Shown: piece by piece, positions 49,906 to 59,582 of the stretch
Position numbering within the stretch: the first letter of the stretch is position 1
How the letters are laid out: each line of letters opens with the position of its first letter
Source: Candidatus Magasanikbacteria bacterium RIFOXYB2_FULL_38_10
GTDB taxonomy: Bacteria > Patescibacteriota > Patescibacteriia > Magasanikbacterales > UBA10003
Direction of reading: 5' to 3'
Assembly: GCA_001783145.1 (NCBI GenBank)
Contig: MFQT01000002.1
Coordinates: forward strand, 24,941 to 88,940
Length of the DNA: 64,000 bases
Position numbers and translations under genes: made by a program
Notes under the pieces: generated by a model
Database searches by the model: none
Seen by the model: the letters and a program-made list of their open reading frames with translations, nothing else
Told to the model about the DNA's origin: nothing

Positions 49906-51912
49906 GTGACTTATCTTACAAGCCTTAAAAATTGGATTAAAAAAGGATACAAAAGAATCCAAACTTGGCGACAAAACCTGCTCCTGGCTCACAAAAAAAT
50001 AGACCAGAGATTGGTTTTAGGTTTAGGTAATACCAAAAAATTTCCCTCTCTCAAACAACTTGGATTGCTCAATAAATTTTTAACCAAAAAAGAACGCCGC
50101 ATTATTGGCTTACTTTCTTTTTTAATGGTTTTTTCTTTAGTTATTTTTTTGGCCGAAACTTATCTGCAACGTCGTGTAGTAGAACCAGCCAATGGCGGAG
50201 AATATGTTGAAGGAGAAGTGGGTTACCCCAACGCCATTAATCCTCTTTTTAGTTCTATTAATCCGGTAGATGCCGATTTAAGCCGTTTAATTTATGCCGG
50301 ACTTTTTAAATACGACAAAACCCTAAATTTAGTTCCGGATTTAGCCGAAGGCTATACTTTAGATAAAACCGGAAAAATTTTTACTGTCAAAATGCGCTCC
50401 GGGATGCGCTGGCAGGATGGTGAACCCATAACGATTGATGATGTCGCTTTTACCATCAATTCCATTCAAAGCGCGGAAACCCAATCCCCTCTTTGGGTCA
50501 GCTTTCAAGATGTAATTTTCACCAAAATTGACGATACCGCCTTTACTTTAGAACTTCCTCAGCCATTTGCGCCTTTTTTAAATCTACTGACTACGGGAAT
50601 TTTACCCGAACATCTTTGGCAGGAAATACCGGCCAAAAACATGCGCTTCAGTTCCTTGAATCTTAAACCGATCGGCGCCGGTCCTTTTATGTTTGAATCT
50701 TTTGCCAAAGATTCCAAAGGCAATATTAAATCTTACACTTTAAAACCCAACCCTAATTATCAATTAACCAAACCTTATCTTAATCAATTTACTTTTAAAT
50801 TTTTTAATGACGAAGCGAGTGCTTTAGATGCTTTAAAAAACCACCAAATTAATGGCTTAAGCTTTCTTTCCGCCTCGCAAAAAGAAAAAAACAGCCGCAA
50901 AACCTTGACAGTTCATTCTTTACGCCTGCCCTACTATACCGCTCTCTTCTTAAATCAAAGAAGTAATCAACTTTTACATAATCAAAATTTAAGAGATGCC
51001 TTAGAATTAGGCATTGATAAAAATCAGCTGACAACGGTAAGTCTAAAAGGAGAAGGACTGGCTGTCAACGGACCCATTTTGCCCAACCAAATTGGTTTTA
51101 CTCAAGACTTTAAAGTTAATTACAATTTAGATTCGGCCAAAAAAAAATTGGATGACGATAAATGGATAAAAATCAGCCGAGATGAATTTATTGAGAAGAG
51201 AAAAAAAGAATTATACCAGGCTTGGTTAGATGACAGAAAGGCCAAACAAACAGCAGACAATGGCGGCAAACCCAAGAAACTAACCGCCGAAGAAGAAGCA
51301 ACGCAAAAAAAAGAAGCCGATGCATATTTAAATAAAATAACAGAAGAATTAAACAAAACCGATCAACAGCAAAAATTCTTTCGTCAAAAAAATGGTTATG
51401 GTTTATCAATTAAAATTACCACTATTAACCAACAGGAATTTATAGAAACCGCCAATCTAATTAAAGAAAACTGGCAAGATTTGGGTGCGGAAGTGACAGT
51501 AAATACCTTAAGCAACGAAGAAATAAAAGACGTTATTAAAAACCGTCGCTATGAAGTTTTGCTTTACAGCGTCATCTCTGGGGCCGATCCTGATCCCTTT
51601 CCTTTTTGGCATTCCAGTCAAACTAATTCCCCTGGATTAAATTTGTCCGGCTTTGCCAACCGCCAAGCCGATACCGCACTGGAAACAGCGCGCGAAAGTT
51701 ATGATCTGCCAACCAGAATTAAGGCCTATTATACCTTCCAAAAACTGGTAGCTCAAGAAAAACCGGCTATCTTCCTTTACACTTCCAGTTATCTTTACCC
51801 TCAAGATACCAGCTTAAAAGGATTTAATCAGTATCGTATTTTTGAGCCAGCGGATAGATTTAATGATGTCTCCTCTTGGTACTTGCGTACCAAAAACAAG
51901 TGGCAATGGTAA
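49906..51912 (+). CDS. ABC peptide/nickel-type substrate-binding protein (family 5), membrane-anchored
   Basis: LIYAGL, PDLAE, WQDGEPITIDDV, PIGAGPF, FWHSSQ. Confidence 0.88.
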   Translation: MTYLTSLKNWIKKGYKRIQTWRQNLLLAHKKIDQRLVLGLGNTKKFPSLKQLGLLNKFLTKKERRIIGLLSFLMVFSLVIFLAETYLQRRVVEPANGGEYVEGEVGYPNAINPLFSSINPVDADLSRLIYAGLFKYDKTLNLVPDLAEGYTLDKTGKIFTVKMRSGMRWQDGEPITIDDVAFTINSIQSAETQSPLWVSFQDVIFTKIDDTAFTLELPQPFAPFLNLLTTGILPEHLWQEIPAKNMRFSSLNLKPIGAGPFMFESFAKDSKGNIKSYTLKPNPNYQLTKPYLNQFTFKFFNDEASALDALKNHQINGLSFLSASQKEKNSRKTLTVHSLRLPYYTALFLNQRSNQLLHNQNLRDALELGIDKNQLTTVSLKGEGLAVNGPILPNQIGFTQDFKVNYNLDSAKKKLDDDKWIKISRDEFIEKRKKELYQAWLDDRKAKQTADNGGKPKKLTAEEEATQKKEADAYLNKITEELNKTDQQQKFFRQKNGYGLSIKITTINQQEFIETANLIKENWQDLGAEVTVNTLSNEEIKDVIKNRRYEVLLYSVISGADPDPFPFWHSSQTNSPGLNLSGFANRQADTALETARESYDLPTRIKAYYTFQKLVAQEKPAIFLYTSSYLYPQDTSLKGFNQYRIFEPADRFNDVSSWYLRTKNKWQW

Positions 51913-51970
51913 AATAATCGGCTTGTTGCCAAAAGCGTATTTTGTACTTTGACCAAGACAGTTCATAAAA

Positions 51971-52056
51971 GCCGCGGTGGCGAAATGGCAGACGCACTAG
52001 CTTCAGGTGCTAGCGACCGCAAGGTCATGAGGGTTCAAGTCCCTCCCGCGGCACCA
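51971..52056 (+). tRNA. tRNA-Leu(CAG)
   Basis: GCCGCGG acceptor stem, CTAGC-TTCAGGT-GCTAG anticodon arm, long variable arm, encoded CCA. Confidence 0.95.
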
Positions 52057-52142
52057 AAAAAAATTAAAACAAGCCCTTCTCTAAAGATCGGCTTTTTTAT
52101 TTTCTTTATTTCTTGATAAAATGAGTCTGTGGTTAAAAACGC

Positions 52143-54116
52143 TTGTCCAACAAAATTATGCCCAAAATCTTTAAACAACCATTACTCTACCTTGCTCTTG
52201 GCATTATCATTTATATTGCTGTTTTTTTCTATTTGTCACTTTTCAAATACAACAATTTCCTCTACAACATGGAGGATCTTTCTATTTTTACCAACACAGT
52301 CCACAATACCAGCTTGGGTCAATGGTTCTTTTTTTCTTCTCACGGAGGCTATTCCTATCTGGGCGATCATTTGGAATTAATTTTGCTTTTAATTGTTCCT
52401 TTTTATCTATTTTTTAAATCCGCTCTCACCCTGCTTTTTTTCCAAACCTTTCTTATCGGCTTAAGTGCTTGGCCCCTATACCTAATCGCGCAGAAAATTT
52501 TAGCCCAAAAACCAGCCTCTTTAAAGAATGCCCCATCCTTAATCATTGCTTTTTCCTTTCTCTTAAACCCTTATTTGCAAAATATCAATTTGGAAGAATT
52601 TCACATCGCTCCTTTTTTAATTTTCTTTTTTTGCTGGACTTTTTATTTTTATCTTAAAAAAAATTATTGGCTTTTTGGACTTTTTTTTCTTTTAACTTTG
52701 ATAACCCGCGAAGACGCCTCCCTAACTTTGGGCGCCCTTTCCTTAATCGCTCTGTGGGAGCACAAAAAAAATCTTTGGCCGCAAAAAAAATGGTGGCTTT
52801 ACCCCATGCTTTTATCCGGCGGCTGGTTTTTATTATCGCTTTTTATTGTGGGCCATTTTAATCCCGACAGCGGCTACCGCTATCTTTTGCTTTACAATAT
52901 CTCTTGGAACAACCCCCTAAGTTGGCTAACAAAATTTTTGGCTTGGCAAAATTTAATTATTCCCTTGGGTTTTTTGTTGCCCTGTCTTTTTTTGCCACTA
53001 CTGCAGCCCAAATATCTTTTTTTGGCTCTGCCAACTTTTTTGCAAGTAAGCTTAATTAGCGGCGACAACACTTCTTTGGTTTTCTATACCCATTACCAAA
53101 CTTTTTTAATCCTGCCTATTTTTTTGGCTTTAGCCAGTTCCCTGAATTATTTATTTACTCGCCCCAATTCTCAAAAATATCTTTGGCTCATTGGGGCTCT
53201 ATTAATCTTCTCTCCACTTTACATCAGCGCTTTTATGGGCCCTTTGAATTTTTTAACACTTCAACAAAATCATCTTGATAATTTAGAAGATAAAAAAGCC
53301 GATCAAAAAATGATTGAAAAAATCACGGCTTTGTCTGAAATAAAAAAAGACGGGAAAAAACAAACCCCGGTTGCCCTTTCTGCTCCTTACAGATTTGCTC
53401 CGCGTCTTTCTTCTCGTCCTTTGGCTTACCTTAATAAACTCACTTTCTTGGGCAAAGGGCACCTTTCTACTAAAGATTTTATTTTACCTCCGGTGGATTA
53501 TTTACTGATTGACTCGGCCGACATGATTGAATATTATCTTCATTTTACCAATCGCGCTCGTTTTTCTTCACAGTACTGGGATGGCTACAAAAGAACGAAC
53601 AAGGCTTTAAGACAACAAGAGCTTAATCCTTTGGAGCGCACTGATTCTTTAATTTTATTTGGCAAAAAAACGCCCGCCGCCCCTCAGCCTTGGCAGATTT
53701 TAACAGCTATCCCAACAGAAATAAATTTGTTAAATAAAAACTTTGGATTAATTACTTTGCTGGGTACGCAAAAACTACCGCAAACACAAACAGATTACCG
53801 ACAGTTAAATCTTTTTTTCACCACCCAAGAAAAAATATCCGATGATTATTTTTTATCTTTTACCGCCCTAAATAAAAGCGGGCAAAAACTTTGGAAAAAA
53901 ATTTATCCTCCGGCTTATGGTTTGCACCCCACCCACGCTTGGCAGCCTCAAGAAATTATTAAATTAAATCAATGGCTGCCAATCATTCCTAATATGGCCT
54001 ATTTAAAAATGGAACTTTTGAAAATAAAAGGAGACATTGAACTTGGCTCCTTAAATGACACCAGGCTAATTATTGATGAGGAAACTGTTTTGGGACAAGT
54101 GATAATCAAAAATTAA
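52143..54116 (+). CDS. DUF2079-like (GT-C fold) membrane protein
   Basis: DLSIF, SYLGDH, EFH, REDA motifs; many TM helices. Confidence 0.75.
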   Translation: MSNKIMPKIFKQPLLYLALGIIIYIAVFFYLSLFKYNNFLYNMEDLSIFTNTVHNTSLGQWFFFSSHGGYSYLGDHLELILLLIVPFYLFFKSALTLLFFQTFLIGLSAWPLYLIAQKILAQKPASLKNAPSLIIAFSFLLNPYLQNINLEEFHIAPFLIFFFCWTFYFYLKKNYWLFGLFFLLTLITREDASLTLGALSLIALWEHKKNLWPQKKWWLYPMLLSGGWFLLSLFIVGHFNPDSGYRYLLLYNISWNNPLSWLTKFLAWQNLIIPLGFLLPCLFLPLLQPKYLFLALPTFLQVSLISGDNTSLVFYTHYQTFLILPIFLALASSLNYLFTRPNSQKYLWLIGALLIFSPLYISAFMGPLNFLTLQQNHLDNLEDKKADQKMIEKITALSEIKKDGKKQTPVALSAPYRFAPRLSSRPLAYLNKLTFLGKGHLSTKDFILPPVDYLLIDSADMIEYYLHFTNRARFSSQYWDGYKRTNKALRQQELNPLERTDSLILFGKKTPAAPQPWQILTAIPTEINLLNKNFGLITLLGTQKLPQTQTDYRQLNLFFTTQEKISDDYFLSFTALNKSGQKLWKKIYPPAYGLHPTHAWQPQEIIKLNQWLPIIPNMAYLKMELLKIKGDIELGSLNDTRLIIDEETVLGQVIIKN

Positions 54117-54167
54117 AAAACCCTGGCAATCATACAGACCACCAGGGTAAGAACAAGAACCGCGCTG

Positions 54168-54338
54168 TTACGACTTGAAGCCGACCCCTTGGCCAGCGAC
54201 GATGCGCGTGGCCTGCTCCTCCGTGAAGCCGGCCTTGACCATGGCGTCGTAGGCCTTTTTCGTGGCGCGCGCCAGCACCTCGAACAGCTCATCGCTCTCC
54301 ACGACCTCCTTCAATACCTCCAACAAGTCCTCCACCAT
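54168..54338 (-). CDS. 56-aa small protein, extremely GC3-rich (stand-alone unit, not in ORF track)
   Basis: MVEDLLEVLKEVVESDELFEVLARATKKAYDAMVKAGFTEEQATRIVAGQGVGFKS*; AGGAGG SD; TTGACA-N17-TACAAT promoter (54418-54390); terminator ~54115-54148. Confidence 0.8.
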   Translation of the reverse strand: MVEDLLEVLKEVVESDELFEVLARATKKAYDAMVKAGFTEEQATRIVAGQGVGFKS

Positions 54339-54641
54339 AACCAGGCCCTCCTATCGGTTGACACTGCCTCATTATGAGGCAGTCAAAAAATTGTATCATT
54401 TTCAAAATATTTTGTCAAGCCAAACTTGACAAAATAACTAAACTATGCTATACTCTATTTTAGAGGTTGAATGAAGCCTTAAAAATGTTTTATACGTTTT
54501 TAATCTCTATTTAATCTCTTAAAGATTGTTTTAGCTATAAAACAGCCTTGATTGCCACTAAGAGCAATTATTTATTTTGCATCATTTTAAAGCAAAATGA
54601 GGGCCCTTTTATCTAAAATGATCGCCTCATTTTTTATATTT

Positions 54642-56450
54642 ATGATTTCTCATAACTCTAATCCGGCTCATTCCCCAGCACAAAAAAGAATGCACAAAGG
54701 TCCTCCCACTCATAAGGTGCCTATTTTTAATACTTCTTTTATCAAAAAAAAGATAGCTTCAACTATTAGCACCACAGGGGATGACCATCCTAAATTAAAA
54801 ATCTACGCCCTAGGCGGTTTAGAAGAAGTGGGCCGCAATATGACTGTTTTTGAATGTGGCGAAGACATCGTCCTGATAGATATGGGTTTGCAATTTCCCG
54901 AGGAAGATATGCCGGGCATTGATTACATCATTCCCAATATTTCTTGTCTGCAAGGCAAAGAGAAGAATATCCGCGGCATTATCATTACTCACGGTCACTA
55001 TGACCATATCGGGGCCATTCCTCATCTTTTGGGACGGCTGGGCAACCCTATTATTTACACCGCTCCTATGACCGCCGGCGTTATTAGAAAACGCCAAGAA
55101 GATTTTAGGGACTCTCCTCCACCACGTGTTATTTTGGTTAATGATAATACCAAAGTTCCTTTAGGCAGACATTTTATTTTTGAACCATTTCACTGCAACC
55201 ACAATATCTTTGATGCTTTTGGCGTGGCTTTAACCACCCCTTACGGCGTGGTTTTGGACACTGGAGATTTTAAGTTTGATTACTCCCCTGTTAACGAAGA
55301 GCCGGCCGATTTAAACCGCATCGCCATGTTTGGCACGCGCAATGTTTTGGCCTTGCTCTCCGATTCTACCAATGCCGAAAGCCCGGGTTATCAAATCTCG
55401 GAAAAAGTAGTGGGAGATGAACTAGAAAAAATTGTTGCTCACGCCCCCGGACGTGTAATCATGGGCACTTTTTCTTCTCTGTTAACTCGTGCCCAACAAA
55501 TTTTAAGCATCGCGGAAAAATATGACCGCAAAGTTTTAATTGAAGGACGCAGCATGAAAAATAATGTCCAATTGGCTCACGAGCTTGGTTATTTAAAATT
55601 TAAAACCGGTACGATAATTGAAGACACGGAATTTAGAAAATATCCCGACAACAAGCTTATTGTAGTTTGTACCGGCGCCCAAGGCGAAAAGAATGCTGTC
55701 TTAATGCGCATTGCCAACAACGAACACCGTTTTATTCAACTTAAAGTCAATGATACCGTGGTCTTTTCCTCTTCAGTTATTCCTGGCAACGAACGCACCG
55801 TACAAAGTCTAAAAGATGTAATTGTGCGTCATGGCGCCAAAGTAATTCATTATCAAATGATGGACGTCCACGCCGGCGGACATGCCAAACAAGAAGATTT
55901 AAAGTTAATGATGCGCTTAACTCGTCCCCGCTATTTTATACCGGTCCACGGCAACCGCTTTTTATTGCAAGCTCATGCGGATTTGGCCGCTGGTGTAGGC
56001 ATCCCCAAAGAAAGAATTTTTGTGGCTGATAATGGACAGATAATGGAATTTTCCGCGCACGGCGGAACCTTAACCGATCAATACGTGCCGACCGATTATG
56101 TTATGATTGACGGACTTGGTGATGGCGATACTTCCCAAATTGTTTTGCGCGATCGCCGCCAACTTTCTGAAGAAGGAATGTTTGTGATTATTGCTACAAT
56201 TGAAAAGAAAACCGGACACTTGGTAGGCAACCCCGATATTATCTCCCGCGGCTTTGTTTATCTAAAAGAAAACAAAGAACTGATAGAAAAAACCAGAATG
56301 CGGGCTAAAAAACTTTTAAAAGATACCGATCCCAAGGCTCCGGCTTTTGAAGATTACATTAAAAACAAAATTAGGAATGACATTGGGCAATTTCTTTATT
56401 CTCAAACTAAAAAACGACCCATGGTTTTGCCGGTAATCATAGAAGTTTAA
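54642..56450 (+). CDS. rnj: Ribonuclease J
   Basis: ALGGLEEVGRNM, THGHYDHIG, TGDFK, VHAGGH, PVHG; start uncertain (54597 or 54642). Confidence 0.95.
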   Translation: MISHNSNPAHSPAQKRMHKGPPTHKVPIFNTSFIKKKIASTISTTGDDHPKLKIYALGGLEEVGRNMTVFECGEDIVLIDMGLQFPEEDMPGIDYIIPNISCLQGKEKNIRGIIITHGHYDHIGAIPHLLGRLGNPIIYTAPMTAGVIRKRQEDFRDSPPPRVILVNDNTKVPLGRHFIFEPFHCNHNIFDAFGVALTTPYGVVLDTGDFKFDYSPVNEEPADLNRIAMFGTRNVLALLSDSTNAESPGYQISEKVVGDELEKIVAHAPGRVIMGTFSSLLTRAQQILSIAEKYDRKVLIEGRSMKNNVQLAHELGYLKFKTGTIIEDTEFRKYPDNKLIVVCTGAQGEKNAVLMRIANNEHRFIQLKVNDTVVFSSSVIPGNERTVQSLKDVIVRHGAKVIHYQMMDVHAGGHAKQEDLKLMMRLTRPRYFIPVHGNRFLLQAHADLAAGVGIPKERIFVADNGQIMEFSAHGGTLTDQYVPTDYVMIDGLGDGDTSQIVLRDRRQLSEEGMFVIIATIEKKTGHLVGNPDIISRGFVYLKENKELIEKTRMRAKKLLKDTDPKAPAFEDYIKNKIRNDIGQFLYSQTKKRPMVLPVIIEV

Positions 56451-56458
56451 TCGATTTT

Positions 56459-56483
56459 AAAACGCCCCTTGCGGGGCGTTTTT
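56459..56483. terminator. Bidirectional terminator between rnj and rnpB
   Basis: AAAACGCCCC-TTGC-GGGGCGTTTT. Confidence 0.8.
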
Positions 56484-56882
56484 GCTAAACTAAGCTGTAA
56501 GCCGAATTTTGTCCCCCCTTGCGGGGTAACGGCCATCTCTCTGGGCTAGGCATCACTGCCAAGCTCAAGCTTTCGAATATGAAGTTGCACCAGGTAGGGT
56601 TTTCCACCGCGCCAAGTTGCCTTGGCGTAAGAGGCGTAGCAGAGACGTTGTTTAAACCTTTAGAGTTTAAACCACGACACACCGCCTCACTTTTCACCTT
56701 TCACTGCCTTGTGGCAGTTAGTATTGTCTCTGTGGCACTGATCCGTCAGGCGAGTTTATTCCAAGTTGCCTTGGGTTATCCCGCCAAATTGCCCACCCGT
56801 TAGGTGGTACCACGACGCGTTTACACGCGGGTGTTCGGACTTTCCTCCCTTTTTACAGGGCGGCCGTCCACTTAATTTAGCA
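56483..56882 (-). ncRNA. rnpB: RNase P RNA
   Basis: Minus strand GAGGAAAGTCCGAAC near the 5' end and ACAAAATTCGGCTTA near the 3' end; P1 helix GCTAAATTAAG/CTTAGTTTAGC. Confidence 0.93.
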
Positions 56883-56972
56883 GATTAAATATACCATATT
56901 TAAGAATATTTGTCAACTGTTGACTCTGAGCTAAAATAAAGGTAAAATAAACTAAACTCTACTAAATAAATT

Positions 56973-58400
56973 ATGAAAAAAACTGCCATCATTTTAACTA
57001 CTATTTCTTTACCTCTGGATTTTCTAATGCTTACGGCCGCCGGTGTCTCGGCCTATTTTTTGCGTTTTAATACTTTTTTTACCAAAATTAAACCTGTTAT
57101 TTTTAACTTATCTTTTGAAGACTATTTACCAGTCATGTTTTCTGTAGCCGCTTTTTGGATTGTTCTTTTTATCTTAGCCGGACTTTACGGCACCAAACCA
57201 ACCCGCAGGCTCGCCAGCGAACTTTCCCGCGTAGTCTTCGCCTGCTCCACAGGACTCGCCGCTATTACCATTTACATTTTTTTTCAACAAGAATTTTTCA
57301 ACTCTCGTTTTATTGTTTTGGCCGGCTGGGCACTGGCTATAATTTTTGTCAGTTTGGGACGCGTTATTTTAAAAATCATTAAAAATATTCTTTTCCGCGC
57401 CGGTATTGGCGTTAAAAAAATTGTCATTATCGGAGCGGGACGCGTCAGTGACATTCTTTTTGAAACCTTAAAACAGCGTCGCGGTTTTGGCCTTTCTGTG
57501 GTAGGGCATTATCCTAATTTTAGTTTAGAATCAGCACCGGAATTAAAAGAAATGATCGCTAAAAAACAACTGGATGAAATTCTTTTTTGCAATTCCAAAA
57601 GCAGTGAACAAGAAGCCTTGGCGGTTTTAAATTTTTGTGAAGAAAACCATTTGGATTTTAAATATTCCGCCGATCTCTTTTCCACTTATCTCGCCAACAC
57701 TTCTATTTATGCCATCGGCGGCGTACCCATTGTAGAAGCTCATAAAACCAATCTACAAGCTTGGGGCAGGGTAATTAAAAGATTGTTGGATATTTTTTTA
57801 TCTTTTATTTTTATCATCATCGCCAGCCCTTTGTTAATTGTTTTTTCCTTAGCAACACTAACAGAAAGCAGGAGGCCTGTTATTTATAAAAATGAACGGG
57901 TCGGAGAGGCGGGTAAAAAATTTTTTACTTTAAAGTTTCGTTCCATGTATCAAAAATATTGCATCGGACCGCAATTTAAAAATCAAGCCGAGGCTTTAAA
58001 TTTTGAACAAAAATTGATTGCCCAGCAAAATACCAAAACCGGGCCGGTTTATAAAATTAAAAATGATCCTCGTATCACCAAAGTCGGCAAACTGATGCGC
58101 CGGCTAAGCATTGACGAACTGCCCCAATTATTTAATGTTTTGAAAGGGGAAATGAGCTTAGTAGGTCCGCGTCCGCATCAGCCGCGCGAAGTGGAAAAAT
58201 ATGCAAAAAATCAACGCAAGGTTTTAAATATCAAACCGGGCATAACCGGGCTAGCCCAAATTTCCGGCCGCAGTGATTTGGAATTTGAAGAAGAAGTAAA
58301 ATTAGACACTCTATATTTAGAACACTGGTCATTATTGCTTGATTTAATTATTTTAATAAAGACACCTTTTATTCTTCTTAAATCCAGAAAAGCCTTATAA
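56973..58400 (+). CDS. Polyprenyl-phosphate sugar phosphotransferase (WcaJ/WbaP-like)
   Basis: KRLLDI, KFRSM, DPRITKVG, SIDELPQL, SLVGPRP, KPGITG. Confidence 0.93.
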   Translation: MKKTAIILTTISLPLDFLMLTAAGVSAYFLRFNTFFTKIKPVIFNLSFEDYLPVMFSVAAFWIVLFILAGLYGTKPTRRLASELSRVVFACSTGLAAITIYIFFQQEFFNSRFIVLAGWALAIIFVSLGRVILKIIKNILFRAGIGVKKIVIIGAGRVSDILFETLKQRRGFGLSVVGHYPNFSLESAPELKEMIAKKQLDEILFCNSKSSEQEALAVLNFCEENHLDFKYSADLFSTYLANTSIYAIGGVPIVEAHKTNLQAWGRVIKRLLDIFLSFIFIIIASPLLIVFSLATLTESRRPVIYKNERVGEAGKKFFTLKFRSMYQKYCIGPQFKNQAEALNFEQKLIAQQNTKTGPVYKIKNDPRITKVGKLMRRLSIDELPQLFNVLKGEMSLVGPRPHQPREVEKYAKNQRKVLNIKPGITGLAQISGRSDLEFEEEVKLDTLYLEHWSLLLDLIILIKTPFILLKSRKAL

Positions 58401-58403
58401 TTT

Positions 58404-59528
58404 ATGAAGGTTGCTTTAGTTCATGATTATCTATCTCAAGACGGAGGAGCAGAAAGAGTTTTAAAAGCCCTGCAGGAATTGTATCCGGAGGCTCCTACTT
58501 TTGTTTTGTTTTATGATAAAACTAAATTGCCCGAACATTTTTTTAAACAAGAGGTTCGTCCCAGTTTTATTCACTTTCTTCCTTTTGCCAAAAATCATTA
58601 TCGCTGGTATTTGTCTTTAATGCCCTTGGCCACCGAAAGGCATAATTTAAAAGATTTTGATGTGGTAATCTCCTCTACCTCGGCTTTTGCCAAAGGCATC
58701 ATCACTAATCCGGAAACCCTGCATCTTTCTTACTGCCACACACCAACCCGCTATCTTTGGACTGACACCCACAGCTATATAGAAGAAATGCACACTAATT
58801 TTTTAGTTAAGGCTCTCTTGCCACCACTCATTTCTCGTTTGCGCATGTGGGACAGAATGAGCGCGGAGAGAGTGGATCACTTTTGGGCCAATTCAGAAAA
58901 TGTCAGAAGGCGTATTCAAAAATTTTATAAACGCGATGCCGAGGTTATTTATCCGCCGGTAGATACTCACCTTTTTAAAATTTCAGAAAATGTTGAAAAT
59001 TATTTTTTAACCGGCGGAAGATTAGTTCCCTACAAACATTTTGATTTAACTATTAAAGTTTTCAATCGTTTGGGCTGGCCTTTAAAAATTTTTGGTGCTG
59101 GACCAGAAGAAAAAAAACTTAAAAGTTTGGCTAGATCTAACATTGAATTTTTGGGCCCGATAAAAGATGAAAAAAAAATCGAACTGTATGCTAACGCACA
59201 GGCATTTATTCATCCTCAAGCGGAAGATTTTGGCATCACGGCAGTGGAAGCCATGTCCGCCGGACGCCCGGTAATTGCTTTTGCCCAAGGGGGAGCCTTA
59301 GAAACGGTTATACCTAACTCCACCGGCCTGCTTTTTGCCGAACAGTCTTGGGAGTCGCTTTTAGAAACTCTTTTAAAATTTGATTCTTCCGCTTTTAATC
59401 CGCCAGTTATCAAAGAATTTGCAGAAAATTTTAGTTTGGAAAATTTTAAAAATAAAGTGACGGAAAGCGTGCGCGGACGTTTTGAAGATTTTCAAAAAGG
59501 CTACCAACAACTGCCGTTGAAGATTTAA
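58404..59528 (+). CDS. Glycosyltransferase family 4
   Basis: GGAERV, YCHTPTRY, EDFGITAVEAM. Confidence 0.92.
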   Translation: MKVALVHDYLSQDGGAERVLKALQELYPEAPTFVLFYDKTKLPEHFFKQEVRPSFIHFLPFAKNHYRWYLSLMPLATERHNLKDFDVVISSTSAFAKGIITNPETLHLSYCHTPTRYLWTDTHSYIEEMHTNFLVKALLPPLISRLRMWDRMSAERVDHFWANSENVRRRIQKFYKRDAEVIYPPVDTHLFKISENVENYFLTGGRLVPYKHFDLTIKVFNRLGWPLKIFGAGPEEKKLKSLARSNIEFLGPIKDEKKIELYANAQAFIHPQAEDFGITAVEAMSAGRPVIAFAQGGALETVIPNSTGLLFAEQSWESLLETLLKFDSSAFNPPVIKEFAENFSLENFKNKVTESVRGRFEDFQKGYQQLPLKI

Positions 59529-59582
59529 AATAATTATACTTCTGTCCGGTAATTCACAAAGAAAAGTCATTTTTATCAATCT

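Noticed and set aside
54189-54377. 62-aa plus-strand ORF
   Set aside because: It is the antisense shadow of the 56-aa minus-strand gene, which has the SD, promoter and terminator.
56485-56803. ORFs 56485-56697 (-) and 56519-56803 (+)
   Set aside because: Both lie inside the RNase P RNA gene.
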